In this document: positions 7,460 to 17,061 of the stretch, piece after piece
How positions within the stretch are numbered: position 1 is the stretch's first letter
Layout of the letters: each line of letters begins with the position of its first letter
IMG/VR virus record: IMGVR_UViG_3300024999_000066
Span: 25,920 to 89,919 of that record
DNA length: 64,000 nt
Strand: one strand, 5' to 3'
Source: a virus
Position numbers and translations under genes: made by a program
Notes under the pieces: generated by a model
What the model was told of the DNA's origin: nothing
Databases searched by the model: none
Seen by the model: the letters and a program-made list of their open reading frames with translations, nothing else

Positions 7460-8823
7460 TGTCTCATCAACTACTCAGACTGAAAGAAAAGATTTGTAAT
7501 ACTCCTCACTTGATGCACCCAGCATCGTTTGAAATTGTTATTCAATATCTTAACGAACGAAACAGCGAAGACTTCAAACTGGACACAGCAGTTGAAGATA
7601 ATCGTGAAAGTAACTCCCGATATTCTTTTAACAAAGATATCGGAGTCGCTGTTCTCAATATCGACGGACCACTTAGCTACAAACCAGTCACTATGATGGG
7701 TTTTGATTGTGGTGGTGCATCTTACCAGCAGATTAAAGAAGACTTTACCTACCTTGTAGACAGTGGTGCAAAGACTATTGCACTTAGTGTTTCTAGTGGT
7801 GGCGGTGAAGCCTTCCAGATGATGCCAACTGCCAATTACATGCGCAAATTGGCTACTGAAAACGACGTTCGTATCATCACCTATGTAGATGGTCTGTCCG
7901 CTTCAGCAGCCTATGGTTTGTCTGTAATTGCCGATGAATTGATCATGGCTCCAAGCTCAGAAGTTGGTAGTGTTGGTGTTCTGGTTCGTTTGATGAATGA
8001 TTCCAAAGCACTTGAGAAAGAAGGCTACGAACGTACCTTTATCTCTGCTGGCGATGACAAGATTCCATTTGACGCTGACGGTAGTTTCCGTAAGGAGTTC
8101 TTGGAAGATATTCAAGGTAAAGTTGACACACTTTACGAAGAGTTTACTGGGTTTGTTGCAGAACATCGCAACTTGTCAGTAGAAGCAGTGAAGTCCACAC
8201 AGGCGCGTACCTTCTTGCCAAAAGAAGCTATTGAGCTTGGACTAGCTGACCGTGTTATGACTCTTGAAGAGTTTTACACACATTTGGCTGATACAGCTCA
8301 AAAACAAGAAGGTGGTATGTTAAAAACCAAACTGTTTGCCCAACTTAATAAAACCGAGGAAACTCTAGAAATGACTCAACTTGCCGAACTGCAAGAACAA
8401 CTTCAGGGCGCTCAATTGAGTGTTTCTGATCTTACCTCTAAATTCGAAGCTGCTTCTTTGCTGCTTGCTGAAAAAGAAACCCTGTTGTCTGCTGCACTCC
8501 AAGAAGCTGCACAGATGAAAGAAGCTGTAGCCTCTGCTGAAGCTGCTGCTGTAGCCGTTAAAATGTCCAGTCGTAAGACTGCCCTTGCTGCTGTTATGTC
8601 TGCTGACAAAGTAGAGGCTGTATCCGCTTCTCTTTCCAGCCTTGACGACTCGGCATTCGAAACTGTTCTGAGTGGTTTTGCTGCACAGAAACAAGCTCTT
8701 GAAGCATCCGATATGTTTACAGAACTTGGCGACCAAGGTACAGAAGTAGTTCCTGAAGCTAAGGCTTCTAAGTCTAAAGATGTTACCGAAGACCTTATCA
8801 AACAAAAACTAGGTTTGAAATAA
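7459..8823 (+). CDS. prohead protease (S49/SppA family) fused to scaffold
   Basis: SSGGGE, ASAAY, VGSVGV motifs; Ala/Glu-rich coiled-coil C-terminus. Confidence 0.88.
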   Translation: MSHQLLRLKEKICNTPHLMHPASFEIVIQYLNERNSEDFKLDTAVEDNRESNSRYSFNKDIGVAVLNIDGPLSYKPVTMMGFDCGGASYQQIKEDFTYLVDSGAKTIALSVSSGGGEAFQMMPTANYMRKLATENDVRIITYVDGLSASAAYGLSVIADELIMAPSSEVGSVGVLVRLMNDSKALEKEGYERTFISAGDDKIPFDADGSFRKEFLEDIQGKVDTLYEEFTGFVAEHRNLSVEAVKSTQARTFLPKEAIELGLADRVMTLEEFYTHLADTAQKQEGGMLKTKLFAQLNKTEETLEMTQLAELQEQLQGAQLSVSDLTSKFEAASLLLAEKETLLSAALQEAAQMKEAVASAEAAAVAVKMSSRKTALAAVMSADKVEAVSASLSSLDDSAFETVLSGFAAQKQALEASDMFTELGDQGTEVVPEAKASKSKDVTEDLIKQKLGLK

Positions 8824-8862
8824 TTAGCCTTAGCTAATCTCTCTATTTTAAAGGAATCAAAT

Positions 8863-9327
8863 ATGCCTTTCGTTGCTGAAACTTTCACCCAACGCCTCTC
8901 TGATCTTGTTGTGCATGAGATGGACCCATCGGTTGGTTATAGCCGCCGTGACCTGAACATCACCCCTATTACCCCAGCCATCCGTTTGGGTACTGTTGTT
9001 TATCGTGCTAAATCTGCTGACCTGACTGCTGCTTGGACCGTACTGGCCTCGGCGACTCCTCTAGTTCTGACCAATGAATTTGCCGTTGTTTACGGTGATC
9101 ATTACTCCTTCAACCCTTCGTTTGTTCCTCGTGCAATTGCAGCCAATCAATATAACGCTGTTGGCTTTGTTGGTACTTCGGGTGCTCTGCAACTGAAAGA
9201 ATACTACATCAAACAAGTTGCTAAGTCTACCGCTGCCACTGGTGGTGCTGATCTGACTGATGCTCAAGTTGAAACCCTGAAGGGTCTGCTTGAACAACAA
9301 GGCATCCAAGTACTTAAAACAGTTTAA
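8863..9327 (+). CDS. head decoration protein
   Basis: 154 aa between protease and major capsid protein. Confidence 0.7.
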   Translation: MPFVAETFTQRLSDLVVHEMDPSVGYSRRDLNITPITPAIRLGTVVYRAKSADLTAAWTVLASATPLVLTNEFAVVYGDHYSFNPSFVPRAIAANQYNAVGFVGTSGALQLKEYYIKQVAKSTAATGGADLTDAQVETLKGLLEQQGIQVLKTV

Positions 9328-9372
9328 GCGACTGTTTAAACAAATTCTATAAGCTAAGGAATCATAAATAAT

Positions 9373-10440
9373 ATGGCTATTGTACTAGATCGTCAGAACC
9401 TCGGTAAAGTTGTTGACCGTACCGACTCGCTGATTGTTATCCCCAACACCGTTGGTATCACCAATGCACTGGGTCTGTTTGAAGATGTATACTCCGCCCA
9501 GAAGACTATCGAGATTACTCGTAGTACCCGTAAATCCCATCTGCTGGAAGATCGTAACTGGGATGAGCGTAACCAAACCATCGCTGGTCGTGAACAAGAC
9601 AGCCTGTTGCTGAAAATCCCTCACTTCCCATTGGATGATGCAATCACTCCAAACGATGTTGACGGTATTGTACAAGCTGGTTCTCTGGCAGAGTTTGCTG
9701 AACTGGAAACTGTTGCGTCGGTTCGTGCTGACAAGATGATTGACGTTCGTGAAGCTCATGCACTGACCAAAGAAGCTGCTCGTATGCAGTTGATTACCAC
9801 TGGTACTGTGTATGCACCTCGTGCCACTGTAGTTACCAACTTCTACACTGAGTTTGGTGTTACTCGTATTGAGATTGTTACCGATCTGTCCTCGGCTACT
9901 GATCCTCGTGCAGACTTCAACGATGCCAAGAAAGCTACCCGTAACGCACTGCGTGATGGTCAAGCTGGCACTGTTCGTTCTTTCGTTGTTCTGTGCTCTG
10001 ACTCGTACTACAACGCTGTTCAACAGAATGCTTACGTCACTGACGCATTCAAGTATGTAGACCAAGGTCAAGCTACCCGTATCCTGTTGGGTGCTGGTGG
10101 TGTGGATGTACCGGGTCTAGATGCTCGCTTTGAAATGATGAGCGTGTTTGGTATGACCTTCATCAATGCTGGCGCTGCTGGCTATGAGAATGCTGCTGGT
10201 ACTTTCGTACCGTTCATTCCAGAAGGTGATGCTTACATGATGCCTGTTGGTGTCCGTAACTTCCTGAAAACCTACTACGCTCCGGCTAACCGTTTTGGTA
10301 GCATCAACCGTCGTGCTCAGGGCAGCTATTTCTTCGAATACCTGAACGAGAAAGATGATCAGATCGAAATTATGACTGAACAGAACTTCTTGAACGCGTG
10401 CTTGAATCCAGAAGCTATCGTGCGTCTGTCGTTGACCTAA
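9373..10440 (+). CDS. major capsid protein (lambda E-like family)
   Basis: 355 aa; IPHFPLDDAITP, NFYTEFGV, YYAPAN; strongly biased codons. Confidence 0.9.
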   Translation: MAIVLDRQNLGKVVDRTDSLIVIPNTVGITNALGLFEDVYSAQKTIEITRSTRKSHLLEDRNWDERNQTIAGREQDSLLLKIPHFPLDDAITPNDVDGIVQAGSLAEFAELETVASVRADKMIDVREAHALTKEAARMQLITTGTVYAPRATVVTNFYTEFGVTRIEIVTDLSSATDPRADFNDAKKATRNALRDGQAGTVRSFVVLCSDSYYNAVQQNAYVTDAFKYVDQGQATRILLGAGGVDVPGLDARFEMMSVFGMTFINAGAAGYENAAGTFVPFIPEGDAYMMPVGVRNFLKTYYAPANRFGSINRRAQGSYFFEYLNEKDDQIEIMTEQNFLNACLNPEAIVRLSLT

Positions 10441-10498
10441 GAATCAAATGGAGATGGGGACATTACGTCCCCTCCCCTTATTGACGGAGTAAAAGAAT

Positions 10499-10726
10499 AT
10501 GGCTGTAACAACTAAAAATGGTTGGATCTTTGGCCTGCAAGAACTTGAGGCAAGTGTAGCTTCTGGTGCTGCTGTTCCTGTTGCAACTGAAACCACTAAT
10601 GGTACTGTAAAGGCTGCTAACTTTGTAGCCGTGCCAGCAAGTTTTGCTGATTTGGCTGCTGTTAAAACCTATTTGGATGCACTTCAAGCATCTATGGTAG
10701 CCGCCGGTCAAATGTCCGAATCGTAA
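10499..10726 (+). CDS. small head-fibre-like structural protein
   Basis: 75 aa; VPVATETTNGTVK..LQASMVAAG. Confidence 0.55.
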   Translation: MAVTTKNGWIFGLQELEASVASGAAVPVATETTNGTVKAANFVAVPASFADLAAVKTYLDALQASMVAAGQMSES

Positions 10727-10766
10727 TACTCTGGGCAGCTTGTCTGCCCTCCTTTAAGGAGAGGCT

Positions 10767-11201
10767 ATGGCTCTTACCCCAGTAGAACAAGTTAGACTGC
10801 TTATTGGTGATGTACCAAACAGTCCATTTTATCAACTCTTTACGGATGAAGAGTTACAAGCATTCTTAGACATGACTAATCAAAATGTCTTCGCCGCTGC
10901 TCGTTTAGCTGCCATTGCTGCATCTTTCCAACTTGCTGGCTGGAGTACAAGAGAGAGGACCGGTGATATTGAAGTCTGGTCTAGTCTGTCCACTCAGTAC
11001 CTTAAAGCTCTTGATTATCTTATTAGTAATCCAGGAACTCTGATTCCCTCCGGGCTTATGCCTTGGTCTGCTAATAGTTGCCCAAGTAAGCTGATGAATA
11101 TTGAAGTTTGTGATGGTGATAATTGCAAGGAAGCGGCTTGTTGTGAGACTGGTTGTGCATGCAATGACTGTCACGCTGCTGGTGAGACATTTGTCTATTA
11201 A
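10767..11201 (+). CDS. head-tail adaptor with Cys-rich C-terminus
   Basis: VRLLIGD..FTDEEL motif; position after capsid genes. Confidence 0.75.
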   Translation: MALTPVEQVRLLIGDVPNSPFYQLFTDEELQAFLDMTNQNVFAAARLAAIAASFQLAGWSTRERTGDIEVWSSLSTQYLKALDYLISNPGTLIPSGLMPWSANSCPSKLMNIEVCDGDNCKEAACCETGCACNDCHAAGETFVY

Positions 11202-11210
11202 GGAGTTGAA

Positions 11211-11579
11211 ATGCTAAAACCTCAATTCCTTTTAACAAATAAGATTCCTCTCACTATTTATCGTAGGTCATTAGGTGAATATGTAGACGGTGAATGGGTT
11301 GAAGGACAGACCGTTGAAGTTCCTGTTCAAGTGAATATCCAACCTCTGAAACCTCATGAAATTCTCCAGCTACCTGAATCAGAACGTACACGGGTTTGGT
11401 GGAAACTGTATTCTGCTGATGTACTTCGTACAGCCAAGGAAGGTTCTCATGATGCTGATGAATTTATTTGGAAGGGTGATCGCTACAAGATCATGAAACT
11501 AGATGATTGGCAAAATGGTATGCAAATTTTGGAACATTCAAAGGCATACGCAACAAGAATAGAACTAACCCCAAATTAA
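11211..11579 (+). CDS. head closure protein
   Basis: GEYVDGEW..NIQP motif; synteny. Confidence 0.7.
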   Translation: MLKPQFLLTNKIPLTIYRRSLGEYVDGEWVEGQTVEVPVQVNIQPLKPHEILQLPESERTRVWWKLYSADVLRTAKEGSHDADEFIWKGDRYKIMKLDDWQNGMQILEHSKAYATRIELTPN

Positions 11580-11592
11580 AGGATAAATAAAC

Positions 11593-12075
11593 ATGTCTTT
11601 TAAATTGAAGGTTGATAAGTCTGGTTGGAACAAGATGAAGAAGGAACTTCTAAAAGGTTCATTACTAGAAGTTCAAGTTGGTATTGTTGAACCTACAAAC
11701 TACGGACCTGACAACGATAACCTCTCTGTTGCTCAAGTCTGGCAATGGCAAGAGGAAGGCGTCCCAGCCCAAAATATCCCCACTCGTCCAGCTATCCGTG
11801 TTGGTTTTATGGCCCCTATCAAGAAAGGCGCATACGATAAGATGTTTGTTGAGAGTATGCAAAGAATTGCTGAGGGAAAAAGCACCTTCAAGGAAGAATA
11901 CACGAAGATTGGGATGAAAGCTAAAACCGACTTAAAACAAGCTGTAGCTGATTGGGATACTCCTCCAAACGCTCCATATACAGTGGCTGAGAAAGGATTC
12001 AATAATCCTCTGATTGATAGTGGACTTCTCTATGAGTCTATTGATTTTAAAGTAGACAAGAAAGGAAGTAGTTGA
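11593..12075 (+). CDS. neck/tail completion protein
   Basis: IPTRP, PPNAPYTV.KG..PLIDSG motifs. Confidence 0.75.
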   Translation: MSFKLKVDKSGWNKMKKELLKGSLLEVQVGIVEPTNYGPDNDNLSVAQVWQWQEEGVPAQNIPTRPAIRVGFMAPIKKGAYDKMFVESMQRIAEGKSTFKEEYTKIGMKAKTDLKQAVADWDTPPNAPYTVAEKGFNNPLIDSGLLYESIDFKVDKKGSS

Positions 12076-12614
12076 TGCCAATCTACACTGATGTCAGACA
12101 AGCTATCCGCAAAGGTGCTCTAGCAGCATTATCAGAATATCCTACCACTCCTGTGATTTTTAGCCACACGAACGGTACAGAACCTGCTGAAAGCTATGTT
12201 GTGATTAATATTCTGAATGTTGTTCAGCAAGGCCATCACAGCACATCAACTTTAGTAAATGATAACGGAACCCTAACCTTTCAGGTTGCATATGAAGTTA
12301 TGGCTCAATTGAGTTTTATTGGAAGCTTGAGTGGAGATATGTCACAAAGCTTTAATAACAATATCAATAACAACCCCCTTACAAGGTTGGAGTTGAGTAG
12401 AAATAAACTAGCTTTTATGAGGAAAAGCCAGATACGTAGGGCACCTCAGAAGCGAGATACACAGTGGGTTGAATATCACAACATGGATGTGACGTTTAGT
12501 TATGTTGTGACCACTGATCAACTTATAGATTCAATTGAAGGCGTAGTCATTGCTGATGAGACTTCAGATATTCCAGTAATTATAAAAATTCCAGAAAGTA
12601 TTATTTACCCGTAG
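12072..12614 (+). CDS. tail terminator-like protein
   Basis: 180 aa immediately before the sheath gene. Confidence 0.6.
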   Translation: MMPIYTDVRQAIRKGALAALSEYPTTPVIFSHTNGTEPAESYVVINILNVVQQGHHSTSTLVNDNGTLTFQVAYEVMAQLSFIGSLSGDMSQSFNNNINNNPLTRLELSRNKLAFMRKSQIRRAPQKRDTQWVEYHNMDVTFSYVVTTDQLIDSIEGVVIADETSDIPVIIKIPESIIYP

Positions 12615-12647
12615 CAATCGCTACATAATTAAGGATCATAATAAAAT

Positions 12648-13931
12648 ATGAGTGATTTAGATGATGTAGTAAGGGTAGTAATTACCGATCAAACTACTGC
12701 TATCGCTACGGCTTCGTTTGCAATCCCAATGGTACTTGCAACGTTCACCAACTTCTCTGAGCGTGCTCGCACTTACTTGAACATTACTGAGGTAGGTGCA
12801 GATTTTCCAACTACTAGTAATGTCTATAAAATGGCTGCCAAAGCTTTTGGGCAAGACTCTGTAATTGGTGCACCAATCCCTTCGTTGGTTGTAGGTCGTC
12901 GTCAAGTAGACAGTGTTGTATTCACCCCTACTGTTGCTGATAGCACTGCGTACACTGTCACCCTTAATGGCACTCCATACACTTTTACTTCCGGTGTCGG
13001 TGCTACAGCAACCACTATTGTTACTGGACTCAAAGCCGCTATTGGCAGTCCTGCTGGTATTACTGTTGGTGGTACGACTACTTTGACGTTGGCTGCAACT
13101 ACTCCCGGTGCTGCTTGGAGTGTAGTTCCTTCTTCGAATTTGGTTGGTGTAAACACTGCCACTGAAACTTGGCCAGATGCTCTGTTGGCAGTTGATGCTG
13201 ATAATGACGTCTGGTATGAATTGCTTGCTGAAACCCAAGTTGTTGCTGAGCAAGAAGCTCTGGCTGACACTATCCAAGCAATGGACAAGATTTATGGTCT
13301 GTCATCTGCTGATGCAGTGGCTCCAACAACTGGTATTACTGACATTGGTTATAAGCTGAATGCTAAGTCTGCTGGTCGTACTTTCGGTGTTTACTCTGCA
13401 ACTTCCGCAACTGAATTCCCTGAAGCAGCTTGGTCAGGCAGCCAACTGGCTGTTACTCCCGGCTCCAATGACTGGGATTTTAAACGTGCTGCCGGGGTTA
13501 CTCGCAGTATCCTTAGCTCGACTCAGATTGTAAACTTGCGCGCTAAATCATGGAACTTTTTCCGCCGCAAAGGCGGGGTTGATGTATTCCAAGACGGCAA
13601 CATGTTTGATGGGAAGCCAATCGATATCCAAATCTCGAAGGATTGGTTAAAGGCCCGACTTCAGGAGGGTATTTATTTCCGTATTATCAACAGTCTCAAG
13701 ATTCCAATGACTGACCCCGGCCTCCTAATCGTAGAAAATGAAATCCGCTCTGTTCTATCTTTGGCTGAAAGCAATGGCATGATTGATTCTGGGTGGACCG
13801 TTCAGACGCCGCCAGTGCTTTCAATTAGTCCTACACTTCGCGCCCAACGGGCTGCTGGCGTATTTGTGATCCAAGCACGTCTTGCCGGTGCGATCCGCAG
13901 CGTCGATATAAATTTTTACTTAAGTGTATGA
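12648..13931 (+). CDS. tail sheath protein
   Basis: 427 aa; PGSNDWDFK, DWLKARLQE, ARLAGAI motifs. Confidence 0.88.
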   Translation: MSDLDDVVRVVITDQTTAIATASFAIPMVLATFTNFSERARTYLNITEVGADFPTTSNVYKMAAKAFGQDSVIGAPIPSLVVGRRQVDSVVFTPTVADSTAYTVTLNGTPYTFTSGVGATATTIVTGLKAAIGSPAGITVGGTTTLTLAATTPGAAWSVVPSSNLVGVNTATETWPDALLAVDADNDVWYELLAETQVVAEQEALADTIQAMDKIYGLSSADAVAPTTGITDIGYKLNAKSAGRTFGVYSATSATEFPEAAWSGSQLAVTPGSNDWDFKRAAGVTRSILSSTQIVNLRAKSWNFFRRKGGVDVFQDGNMFDGKPIDIQISKDWLKARLQEGIYFRIINSLKIPMTDPGLLIVENEIRSVLSLAESNGMIDSGWTVQTPPVLSISPTLRAQRAAGVFVIQARLAGAIRSVDINFYLSV

Positions 13932-13935
13932 CGAC

Positions 13936-14001
13936 TTGCATTAAAACCCCTTACGTGATAAATTATATATTCGTTGATTTATTTTGGAGGGGTTTTAATG
14001 C
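13936..14001 (+). promoter_or_regulatory. promoter overlapping an RBS-sequestering hairpin for the GIY-YIG gene
   Basis: TTGCAT-17-TAAATT; 13938-13952 pairs with 13987-14001, covering the RBS and ATG. Confidence 0.7.
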
Positions 14002-14864
14002 GTAAGTTTTATCTGTACAAGATTACCAATAAGGTAAACCAAAAGATTTACATTGGTATGACATGCCGGCCAGAAACTAGATTTAAAGAGCACTGTAGCC
14101 AACACTCAACATGCACAAAACTTCGAAACTCTATTCAAAAACATGGAGTTGTTAATTTTCAATACGAAGTTTTGTGCATTGGCTCAGAGAAATATATTCT
14201 AGATCTAGAAGAAAAAGCAATTATTGCATATAATTCTATTACTGATGGATATAACTTAGTTCTAGGTAACCCTAAGACTGGCGCCATACTTTTATCTGAG
14301 GAAATGAAAGCAAAAATCTCAGTAGGGTTAAATAAGTATCACGCAGAGAATATTGCTTGGAATAGCGGGATCATTATTGGCCGAAGAAAAGAATATGATC
14401 CGCACTATGTTTCTGGCTTCTGGTTCCCACACTTGGAAGATGCTTGTTTTTCTTTAAATTTGAATATTACTCAACTACATAAATGGCGAAGAGATGGAAC
14501 TCTTGGAGATGTACAACGTCTCCGTAAAGATTCTGTCCAAGTGCCTTGCTATGTTGCGGGATTCTGGTTTGATACCTTAACCAGAGCTTCTCATGTACTA
14601 GATAAGAAACCTTCTACGCTTAATAAAAGAATCAGGGAAGGTTCTGTTGAACAAAAAGAAAAACAGAAAGGTCAAGTTGGAGAAGACGCCCATATGTTCG
14701 GAAGAACAGGTTCTGCCCATCCAAGATCTAAGTCTGTAGAAATTAATGGTGTTGTCTATGGCTCTATTTTAGAGGCAGCTAGAAATACTGAATTTACTAA
14801 GAAGATGATTAATACCCGTCTTAAGAATAATACACCCGGTTTTAGCTGGGCAACACAGGAATAA
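13998..14864 (+). CDS. free-standing GIY-YIG homing endonuclease
   Basis: YLYKITN..KIYIG..RFKEH..GYN; repeated C-terminal DNA-binding modules; ATG at 13998 after GGAGG. Confidence 0.88.
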   Translation: MRKFYLYKITNKVNQKIYIGMTCRPETRFKEHCSQHSTCTKLRNSIQKHGVVNFQYEVLCIGSEKYILDLEEKAIIAYNSITDGYNLVLGNPKTGAILLSEEMKAKISVGLNKYHAENIAWNSGIIIGRRKEYDPHYVSGFWFPHLEDACFSLNLNITQLHKWRRDGTLGDVQRLRKDSVQVPCYVAGFWFDTLTRASHVLDKKPSTLNKRIREGSVEQKEKQKGQVGEDAHMFGRTGSAHPRSKSVEINGVVYGSILEAARNTEFTKKMINTRLKNNTPGFSWATQE

Positions 14865-14870
14865 ATACTA

Positions 14871-15404
14871 ATGGCCTCAAACTTTATCGGTAATTACAGC
14901 CCTGACGATTTCACGATTGTTATTTCGAAAGGTGATTTTGTACACACTGTCAGCGGTTTTGCAGACGGCACTTTCGTCTCAATGAATAGGCTCGTACCCT
15001 CGTCCACCCCTTATCAGGGCGTGGGTACTTCTAACTCGTTTGGTCGTGTGAAACGTAAAGTAACTGGTATGACTGTTGATGTAACTTTGCATCAATATTC
15101 ACCGTCAAACACTGTTCTTCAACAACTTCAGATTGCTGATGCACAGACTACAGATAACACTTGGGTATTCTCAGTAACCATCAAAGATTTGAGTGGTCAG
15201 ACTGTAGTATCTTCTAATAGTGCTATCATTGCAGCGCCTCCCGCCGTAGAGTTCAGTTCAGAAACATCCACACGTGACTGGCAAATCTACCTGTTTGGTA
15301 GTGACTTGTTTGTTGGCGGTAACATCCCTCTGGCCCCGGCTGAAGTAGCCGCTGTTGAAGCTGCCGGTGGTACTGTTGAAGCTCGCTGGCGGTTGAATCC
15401 TTAA
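14871..15404 (+). CDS. tail tube protein
   Basis: YSPDD..VSGFADGTFV..IKDLSG..RDW; follows sheath. Confidence 0.8.
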   Translation: MASNFIGNYSPDDFTIVISKGDFVHTVSGFADGTFVSMNRLVPSSTPYQGVGTSNSFGRVKRKVTGMTVDVTLHQYSPSNTVLQQLQIADAQTTDNTWVFSVTIKDLSGQTVVSSNSAIIAAPPAVEFSSETSTRDWQIYLFGSDLFVGGNIPLAPAEVAAVEAAGGTVEARWRLNP

Positions 15405-15448
15405 TGCCTAATAGGGGCTGAAAGGCCCCTTGTACTTAAGGAGTAATA

Positions 15449-15946
15449 ATGGACTTAGCAAATTATTCACCAGAAGATGTTAATTGTTTAGCTTTTGGCA
15501 TACCCCTAAATGGTTTTGCTGATGGAACATTTATCACTATTAGTAAAGATAAAGTTCCCTACGGTGCAACAGAAACAGCAGATGGACAAGTGGCTAGGTT
15601 GTATACCAACAGCCAAACCTATACAATCTCCTTGACTTTCCACCGTGGCTCGACGTCAAATGATATTTTGACAAAGTTGTGGCAACTGGATGAGCTTAGT
15701 CAGGCCGGGAAATTTCCCATTTTTATTAAGGACTTATCAGGCACCGATCTTTTCTTCTCGACTAACACTTGGATTGAAGGTGTCCCTAATATGGTTCAGA
15801 GTACAAATTTTGACACTCGTACTTGGGTTTTGAAATCTTCACAAGCTGTGATCAATATTGGCAGCAACCAAGACGCTAGTGGAATTCTCCAAGACCTTGT
15901 TAATTTGGCAACCGGCGCTGCTTCTATTATTGAAGGGGTGCTATAA
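15449..15946 (+). CDS. tail tube-like paralogue
   Basis: YSPEDV..GFADGTFITI..IKDLSG shared with 14871..15404. Confidence 0.7.
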   Translation: MDLANYSPEDVNCLAFGIPLNGFADGTFITISKDKVPYGATETADGQVARLYTNSQTYTISLTFHRGSTSNDILTKLWQLDELSQAGKFPIFIKDLSGTDLFFSTNTWIEGVPNMVQSTNFDTRTWVLKSSQAVINIGSNQDASGILQDLVNLATGAASIIEGVL

Positions 15947-16443
15947 TGTCAAATAACTTTACAGTCCAAACGTATAATCCCAAGGATGTGATACTTACGA
16001 TTGGCGGGTATCAACTAACTGGCTGGCAATCTGTCACGATTTCACGGACAGTTAAGGGATTCACTGTAATTAGGGGTATTCGTGGAAAAAACACACGGGT
16101 CAAGAATGTAGACACTTCTGCAACTTTGACAATATCCCTTCTACAAACTGCTCAAGGTAATGATGTACTTTCGTATATCCACGAACTGGATCTTGAAGAA
16201 GGTACGGCTCGAATTCCCCTAATGCTTAAAGATAGGTCTGGTCGGAGTGTGTTTTCCTCCAACGAAGCTTTTATTACAGGCTACCCTACGGCAACATTCT
16301 CCGGGCAGTTTGAATACCGCAATTGGGAATTCTTTGTGCAGAGCACGGACACTTATACTGTGGGAGGAAATGCCAAGCCCGCAACTGACCTACTTGATAG
16401 GGCACTCAGCGAAGCTGGTAATTTCATTGACAGTATTTTCTAA
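15946..16443 (+). CDS. tail tube-like paralogue
   Basis: YNPKDV..TGW..LKDRSG..RNW. Confidence 0.7.
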   Translation: MSNNFTVQTYNPKDVILTIGGYQLTGWQSVTISRTVKGFTVIRGIRGKNTRVKNVDTSATLTISLLQTAQGNDVLSYIHELDLEEGTARIPLMLKDRSGRSVFSSNEAFITGYPTATFSGQFEYRNWEFFVQSTDTYTVGGNAKPATDLLDRALSEAGNFIDSIF

Positions 16444-16466
16444 TTTAATTTTCTGAGATAAAATAA

Positions 16467-16790
16467 ATGGCAGCCCCACAATTTCAAGTTTTAGAACAAA
16501 CAACTATTACAGTTGATGACGTAGACTATTTGGTTAGTGCTATGCCTGCAACCAAAGGCCTGATGTTTATTGAAAAGCATCAAGCAGCTATTGATGAAGG
16601 TAAGGCTGATCTTAGCCAAATGAAACAAATTATTTGTAACTATGTCTCCAAAGATAATATGCAAATTACTGAAAAGTCTTTTGACATCACTTTTGCACGT
16701 CGTTATGCACATTTGAATAAGCTTTACAAGGAAGTGTTGAACTTTAACTTTGAAGAGCTTTTTCAGGCACCCGATACAGAAGAAGTCTGA
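16467..16790 (+). CDS. tail assembly chaperone (G)
   Basis: 107 aa upstream of the tape measure gene. Confidence 0.8.
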   Translation: MAAPQFQVLEQTTITVDDVDYLVSAMPATKGLMFIEKHQAAIDEGKADLSQMKQIICNYVSKDNMQITEKSFDITFARRYAHLNKLYKEVLNFNFEELFQAPDTEEV

Positions 16791-17047
16791 CTCACAGCGA
16801 GTCACATGTATCGGGTAAAACCCCCCCTACTAAATTAGAAAAAGAAATTGATTCAACATTCTCTCAGTCGTGGAGTATATATAGGATTGCCATGCATGAG
16901 AAGGGCAGTCTTGAATTAGCTGCTGAAATGGAGTGGAAATATTCTACAAGACAAATGCTAAAGCTGCTTGAATTGCTGGATGTCTACGATGCTTTAAATC
17001 AACAAGCTATTAATAAAGCCAAGGCTGAAAAGAACAAACCTAAGTGA
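16467..17047 (+). CDS. tail assembly chaperone GT, -1 frameshift product (about 193 aa)
   Basis: CTT TTT C at 16758-16764; -1 frame open 16754-17047; 10-bp hairpin starts at 16769. Confidence 0.75.
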
Positions 17048-17061
17048 CGGAGTAATGAACA

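Noticed and set aside
6098-13288. Long antisense ORFs (6098..6952, 9385..10071, 12657..13277 and others)
   Set aside because: Shadows of codon-biased structural genes, with no RBS or motifs.
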